In this document: piece by piece, positions 57,494 to 64,000 of the stretch
Layout: the number at the start of each line of letters is the position of its first letter
How positions within the stretch are numbered: position 1 is the first letter of the stretch
Assembly (NCBI GenBank): GCA_039594295.1
Contig: JBCNNR010000018.1
Coordinates: 15,619-79,618, forward strand
DNA: 64,000 nt
From: Bdellovibrio sp.
GTDB lineage: Bacteria; Bdellovibrionota; Bdellovibrionia; Bdellovibrionales; Bdellovibrionaceae
Direction: 5' to 3'
Notes under the pieces: generated by a model
Databases searched by the model: none
What the model was told of the DNA's origin: nothing
Seen by the model: the letters and a program-made list of their open reading frames with translations, nothing else
Translations under genes and position numbers: made by a program

Positions 57494-59839
57494 ATGGCAG
57501 CTAAGACGTATCTTACCAGCGAGCAGCTTGTTCAGGCTCAAGAAATTATAAATCCACCACTTATGACACCTGATGGAGATGTCCGTCAGGTGTTTTGTTT
57601 TTCCAGCCAGAGTTTTTCCCTGTGGTTGGGGGCAAAGCTCGAGGAATCGCTAAAAAGCAATCCGTTGTGGCGAGATACTCATCCCATTATGTTGGGGTCT
57701 TGGGCCCGTGGCGAGTTGAGTCCGAAGTCTGATATCGATATTCTATTTTGTGGTGACGAAGAAAAGGTTCGTGAATTCACCAATCAGCTGCAAGAACTGG
57801 GTTTAAAACTCCGCTATCGCATGCCTGCAAATCCCGAAGATTGGACCGAGGGAGTGGAGGCTTTTGATGTCTTAGCTCTTTTAAAAGCGAAGCCCTTAAC
57901 GCCCGAAGGTGCGCGAAAACTATATGAGCAACAAAAGCGCATCTGGTCTAAGAAAAACATGTGGCGCAAGGTTTTACTGAGAGCTGTTAAAGAAGAACGC
58001 AAAGCCCGTGAAAACCGTTTTGATTCCATCACCAATTATCTTGAACCCAATTTGAAGTATGGTCCGGGTGGCTTGCGTGATTTAGAGCAAGGTTTGCAAA
58101 TCTACGAAATGTTTGCAGAACGCTTTACCAATCCCGGGCATGCCTTGAATGTTTTGAATTACTATCGTGATTATCTGTTAAGTCTTCGCCAGAAGCTTCA
58201 TCTGGAGGGTCACAGCGATATTTTGTCTAGTTCCGCGCAATTTGATTTAGGTAAATGGATGGGATTTAAATCCCACAAAGACTTTATGCGCAGTCTGCAG
58301 CGTGGTTTGTCCCGCGTGAATTTCTATTCCGATTGGATCATCGCCGTGGCGGATGCACCAGAAGAAGTTTTAAAGAAAATCGAACGTTCGGAGTTTTATA
58401 AGCCGAGTGATTTATTTTCTGCTCTAGAGAAAAACTCCAGTGTTTTAATGCAAAAGAAAGTCCGTGAAGAGTTAGATCATCTTTTGCCAGCCACGGAAAT
58501 AAAAAAACTCGGAAAGCTGCGCGGTCAGGAATTAGATCAAGTCCTTAGTGTAAAGGCCAAGGATGAATTCCTTTATAGCATTTTTAGATCTCGGTTGATC
58601 GACAAGTTGGTTCCAGAAATCACACGTCTGGTGGGTTATGTTCAACACGATCAATACCATCGTTACACGGCCGATTCGCATATCATGCAGGCTTGCCGAG
58701 AAATCAAACGTGTCTTTGCAAAACCCAAAGAGCTGGGTCCCTTGCAAGAGGTCGCTAAATCTTTAAATCCTTATGATTGGCAGGTGCTTTCTTGGACCTG
58801 CATGTATCACGATTTAGCAAAAGGGATTGATAGCGGAGATCATTCCGAAGCAGGCACGAATATCGTGACTCGAGACTTTAAAGCTTTTGGTTTTAAAAAG
58901 AAATTTACCGACGACGTCAAATGGATGGTGAAAAATCATTTGGAACTTTCCCAGGCAGCCTTCCGTAAAAACTCCAAGGACCCGCGCGTGTGGCAGGAAC
59001 TTCGTGATAAAGGTGTCGAGGGCAGTGCTTTAAAGCGTCTGGCGATCTTTACTGCAGTGGATATTCGCGCGACCAATCCGGAAGCCTGGAATGAATGGAA
59101 GGCACGGTTGCTCGCCGAGCTCGTAGAAAATCTGGAAAGTAAAAAAGCGCAAGACTATTTCGCTTTCAGAACGTTAAAGGCAAAAAAACATCTGCATATT
59201 TCCGAAGAGATTTATGAAGAGTTGGGGCCGGTCTTAGTTGATAGTCTTTCAATGAATGACCTGGTTGAAGATTTAAAAAAGGCCGAGGATTCCAGTGAAT
59301 CCTTGCCTCCCAAGATCATGCAAACCAAGGAAGGCGACATTTGGGTGCGCATGCACCAGAAGCGCGATCGCAAGGGAATTTTGGCTGACTATGTCGGGCA
59401 GTTTTACTCATTGGGATTGGGAATTCGCCATGCCTCGATTCATACACTTCCCAAAGTGGGCGTTTATGATTGGTTCCAGATCTCCACTCAGAAAAATCTA
59501 AAAACACTGGAACAGCTTTTAAAGAGTTCTCAGTTGAAAGAGAAAGAAATTCCGCAAGTGCGCTTTGACGACATTCAGTTAATGAGTGCGCATGACAAGG
59601 AGTGGGTCATCAGCTTCCGTGGGCCCGATCAGGCTGGTTTGTTAGCGGCGGCGGCCAAAGCCCTGAGTGATTGCAACGTCAGCGTAAAATCTGCGCGCGT
59701 GCACACGTGGGGTCGTCAGGTGGACGATATTTTTATGATCAAAGCTGAGGGTGATCCGCAGGATTTGATCCAGTTACTAAGAGGGAAATTTAATCTATCC
59801 CTGTCGATGGTCAGCACTAGTCAGGAAGAAATTGTCTGA
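57494..59839 (+). CDS. glnD: PII uridylyltransferase/uridylyl-removing enzyme GlnD
   Basis: G...RGELSP.SDIDIL NTase motif, EPN.K..PGGLRDL, Q.DQYH.YT.D.H and HD.AKG HD domain, two ACT-like domains (D..G.L, T.G...DD.F). Confidence 0.9.
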   Translation: MAAKTYLTSEQLVQAQEIINPPLMTPDGDVRQVFCFSSQSFSLWLGAKLEESLKSNPLWRDTHPIMLGSWARGELSPKSDIDILFCGDEEKVREFTNQLQELGLKLRYRMPANPEDWTEGVEAFDVLALLKAKPLTPEGARKLYEQQKRIWSKKNMWRKVLLRAVKEERKARENRFDSITNYLEPNLKYGPGGLRDLEQGLQIYEMFAERFTNPGHALNVLNYYRDYLLSLRQKLHLEGHSDILSSSAQFDLGKWMGFKSHKDFMRSLQRGLSRVNFYSDWIIAVADAPEEVLKKIERSEFYKPSDLFSALEKNSSVLMQKKVREELDHLLPATEIKKLGKLRGQELDQVLSVKAKDEFLYSIFRSRLIDKLVPEITRLVGYVQHDQYHRYTADSHIMQACREIKRVFAKPKELGPLQEVAKSLNPYDWQVLSWTCMYHDLAKGIDSGDHSEAGTNIVTRDFKAFGFKKKFTDDVKWMVKNHLELSQAAFRKNSKDPRVWQELRDKGVEGSALKRLAIFTAVDIRATNPEAWNEWKARLLAELVENLESKKAQDYFAFRTLKAKKHLHISEEIYEELGPVLVDSLSMNDLVEDLKKAEDSSESLPPKIMQTKEGDIWVRMHQKRDRKGILADYVGQFYSLGLGIRHASIHTLPKVGVYDWFQISTQKNLKTLEQLLKSSQLKEKEIPQVRFDDIQLMSAHDKEWVISFRGPDQAGLLAAAAKALSDCNVSVKSARVHTWGRQVDDIFMIKAEGDPQDLIQLLRGKFNLSLSMVSTSQEEIV

Positions 59840-59927
59840 GGATGTTCAAAGAATTCTCGACGACTGTCTAAAATATTTAGAGTGATGAGCGCGATTCATT
59901 GCTCTTCAGCTGAGTCCTGATCTTGCA

Positions 59928-60620
59928 ATGAAATTTAAAATGCAGAAACTCCCGCAAGTTCATCGCACGGTTTTGTCTTTGGTCTCCGCAAAAACGCTGT
60001 CTCATTTTGGGAATTCCTTTCAGGGGAGTTCTTTGCGGCAATGTCACAGTCTGGAGAGTCTTAAAACTCAGCTAAAGCAGAATCAACGGGTGATTATCGT
60101 GGCAGAGTTTTCCCGCTGCACCTCCCGCCATGTGGATGCGTTTATGTCCTTAATAAAGGACTTGCCTGTGAATAACCAACATCCCCTGAAATTGATTGTC
60201 TTTGCTAAAAGCATTGATTCCAGTGTGTATCAAAAGTTTGCACGTCATCCTGGATTGCTTTTGATTTTAGAGGCTGATGCTTTGACTGCTCCGTATTTAA
60301 CTAGCAAGTTTCTGCAGGGGAATCCGGTGTTCTTGCGTTCAATTCCGCGGCAGCAGATGACGGCACCTGTTTTGGTGAAAACTACGAACTGGGTCAGTCA
60401 GGTGAATCTCTTGCAAAAGAAGGGTCGCTTCTTGGATTTCACGTCGCAAGGAGCACGTCTTTACCTGCCGCAGAGATTATTTAAACCCAAAGACTACGTT
60501 TCCGTTTTATATCAGTTAGCCACACAGGAATGGATCACAGTTGAGTGCCAGCTTCGCTGGGAGTCATCAACTCCCGATGGGGGTCAGTTGCTGGGAGTGC
60601 AATTTTTGGCGATCGCATAG
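59928..60620 (+). CDS. PilZ-domain protein with degenerate receiver-like N-terminus
   Basis: RSIPR (RxxxR) and DFTSQG (D/NxS/TxxG) motifs; C-terminal .GVQF. Confidence 0.75.
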   Translation: MKFKMQKLPQVHRTVLSLVSAKTLSHFGNSFQGSSLRQCHSLESLKTQLKQNQRVIIVAEFSRCTSRHVDAFMSLIKDLPVNNQHPLKLIVFAKSIDSSVYQKFARHPGLLLILEADALTAPYLTSKFLQGNPVFLRSIPRQQMTAPVLVKTTNWVSQVNLLQKKGRFLDFTSQGARLYLPQRLFKPKDYVSVLYQLATQEWITVECQLRWESSTPDGGQLLGVQFLAIA

Positions 60621-61817
60621 CTATCGTTGAATGGCGGGTTTGGCATTTCGCCCCAGCCAGAATGCGAGAACTGCGATCACCGTGCCCACAGAAAGAACTG
60701 TGCAGACGCCGGTCCATTGACCCATATTCCAAGCGTAAGAAGCCACAAGGGAGCCAAGGGCTCCGCCCATAAAATAAGAAAACATATAGACCGTGTTTAA
60801 GCGACTGCGAGCATCCTCGCGTAATGCAAAGACTCGGGTTTGGTTCGAGATATGGGCCGCTTGAATGCCGAAATCCAAAATAAAAATACCAATGATCAAA
60901 CCCAGAATGCTCTCACCTGATCCCCAAAGAATCAGAACCGACAATGCCAAAACACTCAGGCCAATGGCGACACCTGTGCGCGGGCCCTTTTTATCTGCAA
61001 CTCGGCCAACTACGGGGGCCGCCATCGCGCCAGCTGCGCCTAAGAGTCCAAACAAGCCAACTTCTTTTGCGCCCATTGCAAAATGCGGAGACGACAAAAG
61101 GAAAATCAATGTTGCCCAGATAGAACTGAAAACTCCAAAGATCATTGCGCCGACCACAGCGGATTCACGTAAGATGGGTTCTTCCTTCACCAACGTGCCA
61201 ATGGATTTAATCAGTCCAAAGTAAGAACCTTTGTAAGTCACTTCACTTGCAGGCAAAACGAACCAAAGACAGCTGGCCAAAACGATCATCAATCCTGCGG
61301 CCGAATAAAATACGGTTCTCCAACCGAAAAGATCTCCTAAAAATCCCGAGATCGTGCGTGAACACAAGATACCAATCAACAAACCACTCATAATAATGCC
61401 GATGACTTTGCCACGGTTTTCGTTGCTGGCTAAATGTGCCGCAAAGGGAATGATCAACTGAGGCACCATGGTGAAAAGGCCAATCAATAAACTCGCAATA
61501 ACCATGATCCACAGACTGTGAGCGGTCGCTGCCATGATCAAAGCACCAGTCACCGCCAAGGATGTGATCACAATTAATTTTCTTCGCTCAAACATATCAC
61601 CCATCGGAACCAGGAACAGCATACCCAAGGCATAACCCACTTGAGTCAGGGTCGGGATGATGCCGACTTCTTTAACGGTCACGCCGAATTCTTTTTGTAG
61701 TTCAGCTAGGAGTGGTTGGTTGTAGTAAAGATTGGCCACACTAAGACCCGTGGCGATCGCCATGATCCAAACAGTGGTGGAGGAAAGTTTATTTGCGGAT
61801 GGGTGAGATTCGGTCAT
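60621..61817 (-). CDS. MFS transporter (YnfM-like)
   Basis: ANLYYNQPLL, P.GD..ERRK, G..MSGLL.GIL.SRT, R.R.N..YM..YF.GGA.GS. Start moved to 61817 because the track start lies inside a terminator. Confidence 0.93.
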   Translation of the reverse strand: MTESHPSANKLSSTTVWIMAIATGLSVANLYYNQPLLAELQKEFGVTVKEVGIIPTLTQVGYALGMLFLVPMGDMFERRKLIVITSLAVTGALIMAATAHSLWIMVIASLLIGLFTMVPQLIIPFAAHLASNENRGKVIGIIMSGLLIGILCSRTISGFLGDLFGWRTVFYSAAGLMIVLASCLWFVLPASEVTYKGSYFGLIKSIGTLVKEEPILRESAVVGAMIFGVFSSIWATLIFLLSSPHFAMGAKEVGLFGLLGAAGAMAAPVVGRVADKKGPRTGVAIGLSVLALSVLILWGSGESILGLIIGIFILDFGIQAAHISNQTRVFALREDARSRLNTVYMFSYFMGGALGSLVASYAWNMGQWTGVCTVLSVGTVIAVLAFWLGRNAKPAIQR

Positions 61818-61840
61818 AGATGAAAGCCTGCAAGTCGAAG

Positions 61841-61871
61841 AAAGAAAAACACCCACTTTGAGGGTGGGTGT
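61841..61871 (-). terminator. Intrinsic terminator after the 64-aa gene
   Basis: Minus strand ACACCCAC-N7-GTGGGTGT followed by TTTTCTTT. Confidence 0.7.
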
Positions 61872-61880
61872 CTGTAAGAA

Positions 61881-62075
61881 CTAATTTGATTTTTTCTTAG
61901 GGGCGCCCGTGATCCCTGTGTGATTGCGCCAGTTGTATTGAGGATCTGTTTTCGTGCGGTTGTGCCAAGCTTCCCATTTTTTCTTAGGGAGCTTGTGGGA
62001 AACATTACCCTTTTCGTCGAAAATATCTGGGTCTTTACCAACTAGGAATTCAAGTACGGATTTCATGATGCCCAT
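61881..62075 (-). CDS. Small 64-aa hypothetical protein
   Basis: GAAGGAG RBS; Trp/Lys-rich; followed by a terminator. Confidence 0.65.
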   Translation of the reverse strand: MGIMKSVLEFLVGKDPDIFDEKGNVSHKLPKKKWEAWHNRTKTDPQYNWRNHTGITGAPKKKSN

Positions 62076-62162
62076 GTGCGCTGCTCCTTCAATAAATACA
62101 GGAGCCAGTATAATGCAGGACCTCGTACGGGGGAATAGGAAATCCTGCCTCGATGCGTTGAA

Positions 62163-62426
62163 TTAAGAGCGTGGGTTCGCGCAAACGTCGATAATGTCGA
62201 GGCCGCGGTCTTCGGAGACTTTGCCAGCGCCTTTGAAGTGGTTAAAGCATTGTTGGGCAGCAACCTGGAAGGCGTCCTCATAGCTCGCTGCTTTCTTTTT
62301 AAACTCAAAAGATTCGCCAGAAAGCTTATATTTGAACGTATATTCCTTTTGAACCGCTTCTGTAGAGATCCATGCAAAGGAACTGCAAGAATAAGCGAGT
62401 ACGAAGATAGTCAAAAATGCTTTCAT
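62163..62426 (-). CDS. Small secreted protein with a Cys pair
   Basis: Signal peptide ending SFA/W; A.Q.CF..F and DIIDVCANPR. Confidence 0.75.
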   Translation of the reverse strand: MKAFLTIFVLAYSCSSFAWISTEAVQKEYTFKYKLSGESFEFKKKAASYEDAFQVAAQQCFNHFKGAGKVSEDRGLDIIDVCANPRS

Positions 62427-62431
62427 ATAAA

Positions 62432-62706
62432 CCCCTTCCGCCTTCGCTTAAAGCTTCGGCGTGACTTTGTCCGCTTTTGGCGGCTGTTGTTACTGTTAGG
62501 TAAAGCACGTGGTGTGCCAAAGAATCTTGCAGGAACCTCAAAAAGACCTTTGTAAGTCTGTGAAATTGCTGCTCTAATCGGTCTCAATTTGAACCGCCCA
62601 GGTGGCCTGTTTACTAGTGAGACAGGTGCCGTGAATGGTGCACCCCCTGTCCAGGGTTTAGGCAGGGGACTCGTCACGCCGAAGCTTTAAGCGAAGGCGG
62701 AAGGGG
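62432..62706. repeat. 34-bp perfect inverted repeat pair enclosing 207 bp (REPIN-like)
   Basis: CCCCTTCCGCCTTCGCTTAAAGCTTCGGCGTGAC (62432-62465) and its exact reverse complement (62673-62706). Confidence 0.9.
62504..62520 (-). promoter_or_regulatory. Sigma54-type promoter inside the inverted-repeat interval, pointing at the 62426 gene
   Basis: Minus strand TTGGCACACCACGTGCT (TGGCAC, GG-N10-GC). Confidence 0.6.
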
Positions 62707-62711
62707 AAGTT

Positions 62712-63503
62712 ATGAAAAAGTTTTTAGTTTCCTTTGTATTGTTCTTGGTGGGCTTCGCGGCCTCGGCGCAAACTATCGTCATCAGTGATATCGACGATAC
62801 GCTTCGCCCTCAGTATGTGCAGGATCTGTCCGATTCTGCAAAATATGTTTTTGATAAAGACAGCTTGTTCATGGGCATGAGTGAGCTTTTGAACGTGGTG
62901 GTCCAAGACACCAATGCTCGTATGTTTTACGTTTCTCGTGCTCCCGAATGGTTGATGGGGCATACGCACACAGAGGCCCTGGAGCGCGGCGGGTTCCCTT
63001 CAGGTGTCTATTTCCCTCGCACGGTTTATTCTAAGGATGAGCACAAGATCAGAGTCATTGTACAGATCCTGGATAAAACTCATCCGACAGATGTGATCAT
63101 GTTGGGAGATAACGGGGAGGTTGATCCCGATGTCTACAGCACGATTGCTCAGGCTTATCCGAAAATTCGTTTTCACCAGTTTATCCGTGATGCCTACAAC
63201 ACGCCTAAATTTGGTGGTGAGGGTTCTTCGCTTTCCCTGGGGCAGCAGTACTTTGTGACTCCCGTGGAAGTCGCTTTAGAGTTAAATAAGCGCGGCTTTT
63301 TGAAAAATAGTTCCGTCCAGCTTTTAGTTGATTACTTGGTACCTCGAATTGTGGCAGAAACGGGGAAACCAAAGCGAGGCATCATGGCCTTCCCTTATTT
63401 TGTGGAATGCCGCGATTTTGTCTGGTCCTGGAATCAGGAAATATCAGACTATCCTTTGCTTAAAAATCTCAAAGCGAAGATCGAAAACCGCTGCTATAAT
63501 TAA
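62712..63503 (+). CDS. App1-like (DUF2183) phosphatidate phosphatase, HAD fold, with signal peptide
   Basis: VISDIDDTL (DxDxT), FYVS..P, .LGDNGE.DP.VY..I...YP; N-terminal signal peptide ending ASA/Q. Confidence 0.8.
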   Translation: MKKFLVSFVLFLVGFAASAQTIVISDIDDTLRPQYVQDLSDSAKYVFDKDSLFMGMSELLNVVVQDTNARMFYVSRAPEWLMGHTHTEALERGGFPSGVYFPRTVYSKDEHKIRVIVQILDKTHPTDVIMLGDNGEVDPDVYSTIAQAYPKIRFHQFIRDAYNTPKFGGEGSSLSLGQQYFVTPVEVALELNKRGFLKNSSVQLLVDYLVPRIVAETGKPKRGIMAFPYFVECRDFVWSWNQEISDYPLLKNLKAKIENRCYN

Positions 63504-64000
63504 TGATTTTAAAATACCAGCTTCCGCAAGTTTACCAAAACCTTCTCCCTCGTGAGATCCTGCAGTTTGAACCGCAGGAAAAAAAGGCCACCTGTGATAC
63601 TTGCGCGATGTCTCGTCCTCGTGAAAAAGGTCCGATCCATTATCGCGAGGATTTAAAATGCTGTACCTTTCATCCGTTCATTCCTAACTTCATGGTGGGG
63701 GCTTTGTTCAGCGATCCCAATGCCACGGAAGCTCATCGTATCTTTCGTACTAAAATGGCCAACCGTGAGTATGCTTTGCCCATCGGTATGGTGGCTCCGG
63801 TTAAGTTTCAAGTGGCCTTCAATAATCGTCAGGAAGGCGATTTCGGCCAACGCGAAGACTGGTTGTGCCCGTACTACAATAAAGAAAAACAGAACTGCAA
63901 CGTGTGGAGAAATCGCGGTGTGGTCTGTACAACGTTCTTCTGTAAAAGCTCCTACGGGGAGCGCGGGATTGAGTTTTGGGATCATTTAAATAACTACCTT
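63503..64000 (+). CDS. Cys-cluster (YkgJ/CxxCxxCC-like) putative Fe-S or Zn protein, runs off the window
   Basis: Not in the ORF track. ATG overlaps the upstream stop: MILKYQLPQ...ATCDTCAM...LKCCTFHP...LCPYY....NCNVWRNR..VCTTFFC. Confidence 0.75.
   Translation, partial: MILKYQLPQVYQNLLPREILQFEPQEKKATCDTCAMSRPREKGPIHYREDLKCCTFHPFIPNFMVGALFSDPNATEAHRIFRTKMANREYALPIGMVAPVKFQVAFNNRQEGDFGQREDWLCPYYNKEKQNCNVWRNRGVVCTTFFCKSSYGERGIEFWDHLNNYL

Noticed and set aside
1-64000. CRISPR array, tRNA/rRNA genes, integrase or transposase
   Set aside because: No regularly spaced direct repeats, no tRNA T-arm/cloverleaf in intergenic gaps, and no recombinase or transposase motifs in the translated ORFs, by eye.

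Overview
A 64-kb chromosomal window that looks like Bdellovibrio. This is inferred from the TIGR02147/DUF4423-like regulators, the many secreted hypothetical proteins, HAMP-less MCP, PilZ protein and deltaproteobacterial-type gene order; I could not run a taxonomic search. Most of it is a housekeeping backbone: pgsA, glpX, tilS-ftsH-cdaA-cdaR-glmM-pdxJ-tsaE, cysteine desulfurase-mnmA-mtaB-rnc-era-der, purB-ldcA-serine hydrolase-mpl, mutS-glnD. Accessory DNA is concentrated at about 1-14 kb, 28-33 kb, 49.5-55 kb and 60-64 kb. I saw no rRNA, tRNA, CRISPR array, integrase or transposase. The best leads involve small ORFs absent from the supplied ORF track. (1) An HTH/DUF4423-like regulator (6186-6977) is translationally coupled to a tiny secreted peptide gene (6977-7102; a repeated decapeptide continues past an amber codon to 7150) and closed by one terminator. 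Two GGACA-N10-TGTCC palindromes lie in front of the neighbouring, codon-optimised secreted-protein gene. The layout resembles RRNPP peptide-signalling cassettes but is built from a different regulator family. (2) A RiPP-like cassette at 49538-52939: TPR-winged-helix regulator, sigma54-type promoter, 47-aa peptide, terminator hairpin, 2OG-Fe(II) oxygenase and an ABC exporter with a miniature ATPase domain. Other oddities: an orphan small-terminase-like gene, a pgaB-pgaC locus preceded by an OafA-type acyltransferase rather than pgaA, a GTAG REPIN-like element with a strongly strand-skewed flank, and a 34-bp perfect inverted repeat that brackets a divergent promoter region and supplies both ribosome-binding sites. 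All product calls are by-eye motif recognition, and all counts were made by hand.
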